A stretch of DNA of 64,000 nt from an uncultured virus (IMG/VR IMGVR_UViG_3300038393_001696) (lineage: Duplodnaviria; Heunggongvirae; Uroviricota; Caudoviricetes): the IMG/VR virus record IMGVR_UViG_3300038393_001696, one strand, 5' to 3'. A program made the position numbers and the translations under genes. Every line of letters begins with the position of its first letter. Position 1 is the first letter of the stretch. Below the pieces are notes generated by a model that worked only from the letters and a program-made list of their open reading frames with translations, did not search any database and was not told the origin of the DNA. Below are positions 17,898 through 26,564 of this stretch, in pieces.

Positions 17898-18212
17898 TCA
17901 GTCGGCCTTCCCGCACTGCTTTCGCTCGACCTTGTCCTTCGCCTTGGCGTCGGCGCGGGTCTGCCATTGCAGGTTGGGCAGGTCGTCGAGCGCCAAGCGC
18001 TCGGCCTCGGTCTTTGCGCAGGCCAAGGCAATCTTGTGGTCGACCACATAACCGGCACAAATCCCAGAGGTGCGGCCGGTGGCCGGGCATGGGACGGTGG
18101 CACGGAAAAGCCGGATGATTTTAGGGTTGCGCTTGAGCCTCCCGAAGTCATCTCTGGCCGGCGCCTGCGCGTGGGCGAGGACCGGCAACAGGAGCAAGAC
18201 AAGTAGCTTCAT
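17898..18212 (-). CDS. HNH-like protein with a signal peptide
   Basis: Signal peptide ending AHA; PCPATG...YVVDHKIAL...NLQWQT. Confidence 0.65.
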   Translation of the reverse strand: MKLLVLLLLPVLAHAQAPARDDFGRLKRNPKIIRLFRATVPCPATGRTSGICAGYVVDHKIALACAKTEAERLALDDLPNLQWQTRADAKAKDKVERKQCGKAD

Positions 18213-18353
18213 GCGCGCATTCTAGAAGCCCGTCCCGGCGCCCCTTTTGCGAACACGCAGTTCGCTTGACCTGCCGCCGAGCTCGCCTTGACGGTTAACA
18301 AGTTGGCGTAAACACAAGCATGCGAGGATGCCTCATCACATTACGGAGGCAAC

Positions 18354-18845
18354 ATGGCAGCAGATTTCTACCTGCAGATCGAAGGCATCAAGGGCGAGTC
18401 GTCGGACTCGAAGCACGCCGGCTGGATCGAATGCATGTCGGTCAACTGGGATATCCGGCAACCAAAATCGGCCACGGCTTCGACCGGCGGTGGTCACACC
18501 GCTGAGCGCGCCGAGCTCAGCGACATCAGCATAGCCAAGCTGGTTGACCTGTCCTCGCCCATCCTGGCGCAGCATTGCGCGATGGGGAAGACGATCCCGA
18601 AGGCGAAGCTGGAAATGCAACGCGCTGACGGGCAGGGGCAGCCGATAAAGTATTTCGAGGTCGAGCTCGAGAACGTACTAATCTCGCACATCGCGCCGAG
18701 CTTCGACGGCGGTGGGCAGCCAATGGAGAATTTGGGCTTGAAGTTCTCGAAGGTACGCTGGCGCTACACGCAGCAAAAGGTGGGCGGCGGCGCCAGCGGC
18801 AACACGGCCGGTGGCTGGGATCTGGCCACGAACAGGTTTGCATGA
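18354..18845 (+). CDS. hcp: T6SS Hcp tube protein
   Basis: DFYLQIEGIKGESSDSKH.GWIE...KLVDLSSP...GWDLATN. Confidence 0.95.
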   Translation: MAADFYLQIEGIKGESSDSKHAGWIECMSVNWDIRQPKSATASTGGGHTAERAELSDISIAKLVDLSSPILAQHCAMGKTIPKAKLEMQRADGQGQPIKYFEVELENVLISHIAPSFDGGGQPMENLGLKFSKVRWRYTQQKVGGGASGNTAGGWDLATNRFA

Positions 18846-19195
18846 TGCGCGCGCTCATTCTTTTGGCGCTCGCGCTGCCGGCTTACGCCGCGCCGGTCGG
18901 GACCCATCCATTCCCGTGGATGACCGGCGAGCAGCTACTGCGCAAGCTGGACCGACCGGCGAGCCAGATCGACGCTGCGGCGACATCAGCCTACCTGCAG
19001 GGCGTGATGGACGCCACCGCTGACCGTGAATGGTGCTACAGCGCGACCAAACCCGGTACCAACCAGGTGCAGCCGGTGCTGACGGACAAGCTGCGCGCGC
19101 TGCCACCGGCGCAGGTGCGCCAGAGCGCGGCGGTGCTGGCGGTGCAGGCGTGGCGAGAGAAGTGGCCTTGCACTGCGGGGTGCTGCCATGCATAG
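18842..19195 (+). CDS. Rap1a/Tai-like T6SS immunity protein
   Basis: Signal peptide, TGEQL, YLQGVMD, WC, C-terminal WPC; next to tae4. Confidence 0.8.
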   Translation: MMRALILLALALPAYAAPVGTHPFPWMTGEQLLRKLDRPASQIDAAATSAYLQGVMDATADREWCYSATKPGTNQVQPVLTDKLRALPPAQVRQSAAVLAVQAWREKWPCTAGCCHA

Positions 19196-19664
19196 ACCAC
19201 TCTATGCTGTCCTGCGAAGCAAGTATCCCGACAGGCGCTCCGTCAGCGCCGAGGAAATCTACCGGTGGATCGGCTACCCGCCCGAGTACGCGAGCGACGC
19301 GCGCTGGGCGAATACCTGCGCGGTCCGGATGAGCCTCGCACTAGTGCGCTGCGGGGTGCCGGTGCCGGGACGGCTGCGCGTGCTGGCCGGCGAGTGCAAG
19401 GGCAAGCTGCTCGAGCCGGGGCAGGCGAACCTTTCGCACATGCTGGTGCGCCTGTGGGGCGCGCCGGAAAAGTACCAAGGTGGCCCGGCGGCGATTAAGG
19501 GCATCGGCAGCCGGCGCGGCGTGATCAGCTTCTACCGCCTCTGGAACCCGAGGGACCCGCAAGGGCATATCGACATGGTGGCACCGTGGGGTATCAACGA
19601 CCTGGCATGTGAGGAGGACTGCTACTGGCTGTCGTCGGAGGTGTGGTTCTGGCCGCTGAAGTAG
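19188..19664 (+). CDS. tae4: Tae4-family peptidoglycan amidase effector
   Basis: NTCAVRMS (catalytic Cys), RGVISF, GHID (His), VWFWPLK. Confidence 0.88.
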   Translation: MHRPLYAVLRSKYPDRRSVSAEEIYRWIGYPPEYASDARWANTCAVRMSLALVRCGVPVPGRLRVLAGECKGKLLEPGQANLSHMLVRLWGAPEKYQGGPAAIKGIGSRRGVISFYRLWNPRDPQGHIDMVAPWGINDLACEEDCYWLSSEVWFWPLK

Positions 19665-19882
19665 CTGCGCATGATTGACTAGGATCAGGCAAGAAGCGCC
19701 GGACCGCACTATCGTAGCCGGATGACTCCGCGGACGAACCAGGCCGACGCCATGCTGATCGATCTTGCCGTGATCCTGCTGCCGCTGGTCGGGCCGCTGG
19801 AGGCGGCGCGCATGCTGGTCGACCGAGCGATCCCGCTGCGCCTTGCAGTACGCGCGCTGGCCAGCAGCAGGCGCCGCGCCAT

Positions 19883-20086
19883 CTACGCGGACATGTTCCA
19901 GCCGTCGATGCCGGCCTGACGCATGCGCGACTCGTCCTCGCGCCGGGTGTACATCAGCACGGCGCCGCACGGCTGACCGCACTTGCACATCAACTGCAGC
20001 GTGTGAACGCCCGCCCGCTTGGCCTTCACGAAGCGCGGGGCCTTGCCGCAGGAGCACGGGCGCACCATCGGTTTCTGTGCACTCAT
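19883..20086 (-). CDS. Small Cys-rich phage protein
   Basis: PCSCGK...CKCG; ATGA coupling. Confidence 0.45.
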   Translation of the reverse strand: MSAQKPMVRPCSCGKAPRFVKAKRAGVHTLQLMCKCGQPCGAVLMYTRREDESRMRQAGIDGWNMSA

Positions 20087-21267
20087 GCAGCCTCCAGCAT
20101 CTCGGGAGTGACGGTGTTGCGGCATACCTGGCCAAATTCGCTGTGGTAGGTGATCGCGGTGCACTGCCGCTCGCTCATCCAGCCGCCCCGGGCCGCATAG
20201 GCGTCCCGCGAGGCCAAGGTCGAGTGTTGTACCACCTGCATGCCCGGATGCTCCTTTTCCTCGACATGGTGCCGGTGGCCGGTGTGCGCGTAGCGCTTGG
20301 TCGTGTCGCCCCACATCTTCGGGAACTGTGCGGCGAACAGCAGCGGCAGCTGGTCGTTCTTCTTCAGGTGGCCATGGTGCCAGGCCAGCATCGTGCTGCC
20401 GTGCTGGTAGGCGTAGTACGGCAGCTCCGAATCAATTACCTCGACGCGCGGCTCCTTTTCGTACAGGGCCTTGAACATTGCACGCAGCCACACGCTCGAC
20501 GCGAGGTCGTGGTTGCCCTCGGCGAGCAGCACGATCACGCGCCGGTGCTTTCGCAGCGAGAAGTCGACCACGCGCCGCAGGATACGGATTGCGGCGGCAA
20601 CAACCTTCGGAAATCTCCCGTCCTGGTCGAGAATATGGCCCGAGGTGGGCGTCTTGGCCTCCAGCCCATCGCTGTGCATCCAGTCCCCAAGCTGCGCCAC
20701 GATACCGACGTCGGCCGGCGGACTGGCGTCGACCATGTGCTCGAAGCAGCCGGTCAGCACCCGCTCGGCGATCGACAAATCCCAGTCGCCGTTGGCGGCC
20801 AGGTTCTCCTTATGCCACGCGAGCATGCCGACATGGCTGTCCGTCAATGTGTAAAGGTTGGCCAGCTTGGCGTTTGTCAGGCGCGGAGCCTTGACCGGCT
20901 TGGCGCGCGGGAGCTCCTCGGCCATTGCCGCCGCAGCCTCGCGCATGATCTCTTCGAGCTGGTCGGCATCAGCGCGGGTCTTCACCCACTGCAGCACCGG
21001 CACGCCGTCCTTGAACAGGGTCGAGGTACCCTTGAGCATTTGGCCGGGCGCCACCGGGTGCTGCAGATGGTATTCGGGCGCGTAGCCGCGCGCAGCGGCG
21101 GCCAGCTTCAGGCGCGCCAGTGACGCCGCGATCGTGGTCTTGCCGACCCCGAGCGCGCGGGCGGCCGGGCGTTCGCCGCCGTGCGCGATCACGGCGTCGA
21201 GGTAGACGGCCTGCTGCGGCGTGGCGAAGTCGCGCAGCGCCGGGTCGTAGTGGGGTGCTTTGCTCAT
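20083..21267 (-). CDS. HTH plus calcineurin-like metallophosphoesterase
   Basis: AARALGVGKTT HTH; DSH, GDWMH, GNHD, HHGH, GHRH motifs. Confidence 0.8.
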   Translation of the reverse strand: MSKAPHYDPALRDFATPQQAVYLDAVIAHGGERPAARALGVGKTTIAASLARLKLAAAARGYAPEYHLQHPVAPGQMLKGTSTLFKDGVPVLQWVKTRADADQLEEIMREAAAAMAEELPRAKPVKAPRLTNAKLANLYTLTDSHVGMLAWHKENLAANGDWDLSIAERVLTGCFEHMVDASPPADVGIVAQLGDWMHSDGLEAKTPTSGHILDQDGRFPKVVAAAIRILRRVVDFSLRKHRRVIVLLAEGNHDLASSVWLRAMFKALYEKEPRVEVIDSELPYYAYQHGSTMLAWHHGHLKKNDQLPLLFAAQFPKMWGDTTKRYAHTGHRHHVEEKEHPGMQVVQHSTLASRDAYAARGGWMSERQCTAITYHSEFGQVCRNTVTPEMLEAA

Positions 21268-21277
21268 CGGATTCCTT

Positions 21278-21787
21278 TTACTGGGCCGGTGCGGCCGGCG
21301 GGTTGGTCGGCCACGCGGCGCCGAGCGTCAGGGCGTCGTTAGCGTGTCCTTGAGCTGCTTCTCCCATCGCGCGATATCGTCCGACACAGTCTGCAAATAC
21401 GGTCTGGTAGGCTGCGGCGTACTTGCGGGCGGTTTCGGCGGAAGCACCGGCCAGGAGCTGGCCGAGCCTGTCGGTGGTGTCGCGCAGGCCGTCAGCAGCA
21501 GCGCGGGCAGCAGCAGCGTCAGCGTGAAGAGCTTGTGCATTTTTGGCTCCCTGGTTGATGGCGTCGTCGTAGCGCGCGCGCCAGAATTGCGCCTGCCGGT
21601 CGGCAGCTTCCTGGTCGGCCAGTTTCTGAGCGTCCCAGCGCGCCTGGACCTCGTCACGGCCGATCTGGCGCTCGTGTTCGAGGAACTGGTGCGCGCCGTA
21701 TAGCGCGCCGGCGGCCAGCGCGCCGAACACGAGGATTTCGAAGGCCAGCTTGTACGGCGCCAGCCGCGCCAGCAGCGCGGCAATCAT
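21278..21787 (-). CDS. Rz-like inner-membrane spanin
   Basis: N-terminal TM helix plus Ala-rich coiled coil, downstream of the endolysin. Confidence 0.7.
   Translation of the reverse strand: MIAALLARLAPYKLAFEILVFGALAAGALYGAHQFLEHERQIGRDEVQARWDAQKLADQEAADRQAQFWRARYDDAINQGAKNAQALHADAAAARAAADGLRDTTDRLGQLLAGASAETARKYAAAYQTVFADCVGRYRAMGEAAQGHANDALTLGAAWPTNPPAAPAQ
21328..21540 (-). CDS. Rz1-like outer-membrane spanin lipoprotein nested in Rz
   Basis: MHKLFTLTLLLPALLLTAC lipobox; Pro-rich mature part. Confidence 0.75.
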   Translation of the reverse strand: MHKLFTLTLLLPALLLTACATPPTGSASSWPVLPPKPPASTPQPTRPYLQTVSDDIARWEKQLKDTLTTP

Positions 21788-22119
21788 CCGTAGTGCTCCG
21801 GGAAGTCGGCCAGCGGTACGGTCTGCCCTGCCAGCGCATGGGTGGAGTCGGCGAGGAACTGGATCCGGCCATCGGTCACGAAGGAATGGCAGCGCCGTTC
21901 GGTACGCCATTCCTTGAACTCGTCGTTGGCCTTTGGGTTAGCTGGCCAGGTGACCAGCACGGACGGCGTGAAGGTCGGACAGTCGGTGCTGCCGTTCCAG
22001 ACCCACCCGCCGGCACTGGTGCGGATGGCGTGGGCGCTGTTGCAGCCCGGGCAGAAGAACGACAGCCCGTGCTGGTCGCCGCTGGCCCAGTCGCGCAGTT
22101 TCGCGGAGAGTTGGCTCAT
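21784..22119 (-). CDS. DUF6527-like Cys/His protein in the lysis cassette
   Basis: FFCPGC..H, WNG...PTFTPS, CHSFVTDGRIQFL.D.THALAGQTV. Confidence 0.7.
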   Translation of the reverse strand: MSQLSAKLRDWASGDQHGLSFFCPGCNSAHAIRTSAGGWVWNGSTDCPTFTPSVLVTWPANPKANDEFKEWRTERRCHSFVTDGRIQFLADSTHALAGQTVPLADFPEHYG

Positions 22120-22607
22120 CACAGTCCTTTCAGGCACAGATCGCGCTCGCGCTGGCGGCGCCGGGTCAGACCGGCCACTTCCCTACCGCCGACCTTGTTC
22201 CACAGCAGCAGCGCGTCGCAGCCGCCGCGGTCGTCGCCGGCGCTGGTCTTGCGTGCCATGCTCGAGCCGCAGAAGGCCTGTACGCCGATGTTGTAGGCAG
22301 CGTCGACGAAGGCGACCTTCTGGCCGTCGCTCAGGCGCTCCCACGGCAGGCACGGCGCGATGCCGGCGGCGTGGCGCTCTAGGTCGCGGTCGGTCTGTGC
22401 ATCGCACTCGGCCGGCGTGTAGGTCTTGCCCCACTGCGCATTCTCGGTGGCGCCGTCGCAGTAGGTCAGCACGCCGCCGATGTCGCGGTAGGTCTTCGGC
22501 ACCCTGCCCTCCTGCGCCGGCGTAAAGGCCAGCAGCGCCGCGGCGGCGACGGCGCCGACGACGGCGGCGAGGCCGCGTTTCGGCATGCCCGGCTTGTCGG
22601 CGCTCAT
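22119..22607 (-). CDS. Endolysin, GH24 lysozyme (probably SAR type)
   Basis: Ala-rich N-terminal helix; EG...YRDIGGVLTYC; YNIG; GLTRRR..ER.LC. Confidence 0.9.
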   Translation of the reverse strand: MSADKPGMPKRGLAAVVGAVAAAALLAFTPAQEGRVPKTYRDIGGVLTYCDGATENAQWGKTYTPAECDAQTDRDLERHAAGIAPCLPWERLSDGQKVAFVDAAYNIGVQAFCGSSMARKTSAGDDRGGCDALLLWNKVGGREVAGLTRRRQRERDLCLKGL

Positions 22608-22816
22608 TTGTCGGCCTCAAGATGTGCAAGCGTCGCGTCGCTCTCGCGTTGCTCGCGGCGGTCCTTGCGGACCATGTAGGCGACGTTGACGACGCAGGTC
22701 AGCAGCGCCGTCACGATGCCGACGATGACGCCGACCTGGTTCAGGGTTAGCGACGCGCCGATCGACGCGACACCGCCCGCTACGCTGGTCACTTCCGGCG
22801 CGCTCAGTTTGATCAT
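22604..22816 (-). CDS. Holin
   Basis: Small hydrophobic protein with charged C-terminus just upstream of the endolysin. Confidence 0.75.
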   Translation of the reverse strand: MIKLSAPEVTSVAGGVASIGASLTLNQVGVIVGIVTALLTCVVNVAYMVRKDRREQRESDATLAHLEADK

Positions 22817-22843
22817 GGATGGGCCTTTCATGGCGAGGGCAAT

Positions 22844-22865
22844 AAAAAACCCGCCGAAGCGGGTT
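22844..22865 (-). terminator. Intrinsic terminator
   Basis: AACCCGC-TTCG-GCGGGTT followed by a T run on the minus strand. Confidence 0.75.
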
Positions 22866-22882
22866 GGCTGGAGTGGCGTCGC

Positions 22883-23359
22883 TCAGGCAACCATGAGCGC
22901 GGTCTTCGGGTAGTCGCACATGTGCAGGTCGATCGGCCGCACGCGCTTCATCATGTCCGGATCGAACAGGCGGGTACCGCCGGCCAGCACAATCGCAAAC
23001 GCCAGGTCGGAGCACCACCAACAGCTGTCGTCGGACCAGTCTTCCGAATAGCTGAAGGGGATGCCGACCGCGCCGGGCCAGTCGTAGCGCTTGCCGACTT
23101 GGGCCTCGGCGAACGCGATCGCGGCGTCGAGGTCGGGCACCCATACCGGCATGTCGCGGTAGCGCACGATGCCCGCCATCAGTTCGCCGACGGTACCGGC
23201 ACGGCAGCCGTGCGCCATCGACGCCTCGTAGGCCCGCTCGCCGATGATCGTGATCGCGTGGCTGAACTGGCGCGACCCGGCCAGCACGCCGACGGCCAGG
23301 CTGATCGGGTTGTACGGCCAGCGGCTGGTCAGCCGCACGGTTACGTAACCGCCCCGCAT
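22883..23359 (-). CDS. Permuted papain-like (YiiX/YebB) NlpC/P60 enzyme
   Basis: FSHA (His) precedes VGKRYD and WWCSD (Cys). Confidence 0.75.
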   Translation of the reverse strand: MRGGYVTVRLTSRWPYNPISLAVGVLAGSRQFSHAITIIGERAYEASMAHGCRAGTVGELMAGIVRYRDMPVWVPDLDAAIAFAEAQVGKRYDWPGAVGIPFSYSEDWSDDSCWWCSDLAFAIVLAGGTRLFDPDMMKRVRPIDLHMCDYPKTALMVA

Positions 23360-24000
23360 CAAAGCCCCAGTTCCGCCCGGGTGGCGCTGATGAAATCAGC
23401 CCATGCGGCGACGGCCGCCGCCAGCGCTTCCCCGGTCGCGGCGGCGCGCATCGCCGCCTGGCTGGCGAAGCGCTGCGTGCGCATGGCCTTCTGGGCGGCG
23501 CGGAACGCATCGGCGCGCGCGATCACCTGGTCAGCCGCCCACTGGTTCGACTGCTCGGTGCCGGTCGGGTTATGCAGCGCGTAGTCGGAGACGTACTCCG
23601 ACACATCGCCCGCGTAGCCGGCGTCGGCAAAGGCGCGCGCTGCGGCCTCGGCTTCCTGGTATTCGGTGGCGCGGCGCCCGACCGCAGCGTCGTACACGGC
23701 ATCGACGTCGACATAGGTCTTGGCGATCGCGCGCGCCTTCACAGCGGCCAGGTCGATCGGGGCTGGCGCGGCCGGCGGCAGCAGTTCCACACCGCTGCGG
23801 GCGTCGTCGGCGCGGTAAGCGGTCCAGTCGGACGCGACATCCTCGTCCACAACGATCATGCACGCGGCGTGTTCCTCGGGCGGCACTTGCAGAAAGCAGC
23901 CGAGCAGCTTCCCGCTATCGTCGAAGGTGACGTAACGGGTCGGCGGCGGGAAGTTGCCGGCCGTCGGCTCGGCGGCTGCGGTTCCAACGGTATCGTCCAT
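23359..24000 (-). CDS. Tail fibre assembly-like protein
   Basis: Follows the distal tail gene; EYQEAEAAARAF helical motif. Confidence 0.55.
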   Translation of the reverse strand: MDDTVGTAAAEPTAGNFPPPTRYVTFDDSGKLLGCFLQVPPEEHAACMIVVDEDVASDWTAYRADDARSGVELLPPAAPAPIDLAAVKARAIAKTYVDVDAVYDAAVGRRATEYQEAEAAARAFADAGYAGDVSEYVSDYALHNPTGTEQSNQWAADQVIARADAFRAAQKAMRTQRFASQAAMRAAATGEALAAAVAAWADFISATRAELGL

Positions 24001-24003
24001 GCT

Positions 24004-25020
24004 TTACCCTATCTTCTCAATGAAAATCTCTGAGTACACCTCGACCTGGCCGGAAACGGATGCCGGCAAGCCCCAAAATGACGGACTGGCGCCGGAAAAA
24101 AGATCACGCAGCTCCAGCGTCCGAGTGCTGGCAAGAGTCACGAACGCCGTCAATTCAGACGCCTCGCCGTAGTAATCTGCGGCTCCCGAGTAATCGAAGT
24201 TTCTGGCGCCGTTACCGAATGCCAGATACGCACTTCCCGTCACGTCGTACAGCGCAAGCCGCCGCTGTACCCCTGTGTTCAAGGTGAGCGGTGAGCGAGC
24301 GCGGATTTTGTAGTTCCCGCCAGGAACGCCAGTAATCTGGTTCCCAGACAGCGCCATGCCGGCGATCTGGTTGGTCTTAACCGTATTCAGCACGCGCCGA
24401 TAGCCACCCGTGACAGCGGTTCCAGCCGCGCCATACGTACCGCTCGCCTGCTCTTCGCGCGCATGGAAGACCAGGATGCTCGGCGAACCCTGGTCGCCCT
24501 TGTCGCCGGTGCGCTGGAAGAACAGCACCAGCGGATCGCCGTTGACAAATGGGGTTGCCGAACTACCAGTGATGCCGGCCACCGAGATGTTGCGGTAGCC
24601 GCCCGTGCCGGCGATCGCACTGACGCTGAAGAACAGGAACTTCGACGCGTCCCCCACCTTCATCAGCAGGATGTGGCCCTTGACGGCACTGGTCGAACCG
24701 CCGAAGGTGTCGAGCATCGCGGTGAAGTCATTCCCGTTCGAGCCGATCAGGTCGGTGCGGATCACTGCCGATGACCACTGCGTCGCGTTGTCCAGCCGCA
24801 GCTTGCCGCTGCCCGGGTCGGCGTCGGCGGTGGCCGTGTCGAAGGTGTACGGGATGCGGTAGGCGCCGCCGGCGGCAGCGAAGTTCATGTTCGCCTCGGT
24901 GGTATTCACCTGGGTCGCCCACACCGGGAAGTTCGCCATCAGCAGCGCCATCGCGTTGTCGAAGGCCTGCTGGTCCATCTGGCGGTTCGGCAGGCCGCTT
25001 ACCAATGCTGAAATCGTCAT
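24004..25020 (-). CDS. Distal tail / fibre-like protein
   Basis: Position in tail module; RTGDKGDQG hinge; C-terminal part has different codon usage. Confidence 0.55.
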   Translation of the reverse strand: MTISALVSGLPNRQMDQQAFDNAMALLMANFPVWATQVNTTEANMNFAAAGGAYRIPYTFDTATADADPGSGKLRLDNATQWSSAVIRTDLIGSNGNDFTAMLDTFGGSTSAVKGHILLMKVGDASKFLFFSVSAIAGTGGYRNISVAGITGSSATPFVNGDPLVLFFQRTGDKGDQGSPSILVFHAREEQASGTYGAAGTAVTGGYRRVLNTVKTNQIAGMALSGNQITGVPGGNYKIRARSPLTLNTGVQRRLALYDVTGSAYLAFGNGARNFDYSGAADYYGEASELTAFVTLASTRTLELRDLFSGASPSFWGLPASVSGQVEVYSEIFIEKIG

Positions 25021-26564
25021 ACGGTCCCTTCTATCTGCAGCGCCATCTCCCACTTGTTGGCGCCCTTGATCACTGGTTTGAAACTGGAATAGCGCCCGAA
25101 GGCGATGGCGATGCCATAGGTCTTCGAGCCGACCCAGACCAGCGGGCGCTGGCGGTAGTCGGCCAGCGCCTCGTACACGGAATCGACCTGGTCGGCCGGT
25201 ACCGAGACGTCCGCGGTGATGCGCTTGGCGTAGCCGCGCAAGGTGGTGCTGCTGGTGCCGTCGAAGTTGAAGGTGGTCTCGGAGTAGTCCTTGATCTCGG
25301 CGCCGAGCGTCTTCAGCGTCTCGCCCAGGTCGACCACCGGGCCGACCGCGCACATGCCGCACTTGGCGGTGGCGCCCGGCTTCTTGATGGCGATTGTGAC
25401 CAGCGCGTTGGCGTAGACCGGCAGGCCCAGACTGACCGCCCAGGTCTTCTTCTTGATGCGCTTGAAGCACCAGTTGAAGAACGACGAGGCGGAATTTGAC
25501 ACGATCAGGCTTTGCGTCTCCTGGTAGACCAACCCTTCGCTCAGGTCGACCACCGAGAGCCGCACCTCGGTGGCGTCGACGTTGCCGATGTAGAAGCCCT
25601 GCGAAATGAGCTGCGGCGACACCACCAGCAGGATCTCCTCCGCGTTCGCAGTCTGGGTGTTGTTGTACTGGTCGAACATGCGCCAGCGGTTGACGACCGT
25701 CGAAGCCAGCGGCGCCCACTTGGTGGTGTTGGTCAGTGCATTGCCCACATTGGCGTCGACCAGCGACTGGTACATCGCGTAGGTGGCCGGGTCGTACACC
25801 TGCGCGCCGCTGGCGTAGGTGGCGGCGGCGCTATACAGGGTTTCGGTGATGGCGACGTTGGAGTAGGCCAGGCCGGCGCCGGCGGCAATCGAGTCAGCGG
25901 CGCGCGATGCACCACAATAGCTCGTCAATTTGCTTCCAGCTTCGAGCTGCGCCCCGTACCAATCAAGCGAGAAAAGCGCAGTGATATTTGAATAGAAAAC
26001 AACCGTCTTGTTGCCCGCCGGGTCTGCCGTAACGCTTACGTAAACCCGATACCAGCCGTTGGCGCATGCGATTACGCCATAGTTCGTGACACCGGTACTC
26101 CCAACAAGTTGGCCGGTAGCGACGTCGACTAGAACGTACTGAGCGGGGCTCTCAAGCCCGACGCGCAATTGGCCACCGCCTAGATTGGGCCGGAAATGAA
26201 TACTCAGTGTGTAAATCCCGTTGTCCACCATTGTCGTTGCGCGATAGAACATCCCATCGCCGAAAGCGCCGAACGACCAGCGGGTGGCGTTTGTCCCAGC
26301 TGCCGGGTCTGCTACGTAGTTCGCAAATGCTCCACCGTTCGAAGACCACCCGCCGAGATACACCTGGTCTGGATTTGGAAGAAGATTTGATGCCGCTGGC
26401 TCAATCAGCGCATACGGCGCCTTGGTCAGGTCGCTCGGGTCGTAGGTCACCGCCAGCGTGTTGGCCGGCACCTGCACCAGCGTGCCAGTGCGGTCATACA
26501 CCTTCTTGACGGACGCGCGCGTGCAGGCGACGTCGCCCAGCGTCACGGGATCAACAATCTTCAT
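25017..26564 (-). CDS. Minor tail protein with an inserted beta-rich domain
   Basis: Follows tape measure; NGWYRV, YGAQLEAG, NRWRMFD, IKDYS. Confidence 0.65.
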   Translation of the reverse strand: MKIVDPVTLGDVACTRASVKKVYDRTGTLVQVPANTLAVTYDPSDLTKAPYALIEPAASNLLPNPDQVYLGGWSSNGGAFANYVADPAAGTNATRWSFGAFGDGMFYRATTMVDNGIYTLSIHFRPNLGGGQLRVGLESPAQYVLVDVATGQLVGSTGVTNYGVIACANGWYRVYVSVTADPAGNKTVVFYSNITALFSLDWYGAQLEAGSKLTSYCGASRAADSIAAGAGLAYSNVAITETLYSAAATYASGAQVYDPATYAMYQSLVDANVGNALTNTTKWAPLASTVVNRWRMFDQYNNTQTANAEEILLVVSPQLISQGFYIGNVDATEVRLSVVDLSEGLVYQETQSLIVSNSASSFFNWCFKRIKKKTWAVSLGLPVYANALVTIAIKKPGATAKCGMCAVGPVVDLGETLKTLGAEIKDYSETTFNFDGTSSTTLRGYAKRITADVSVPADQVDSVYEALADYRQRPLVWVGSKTYGIAIAFGRYSSFKPVIKGANKWEMALQIEGTV

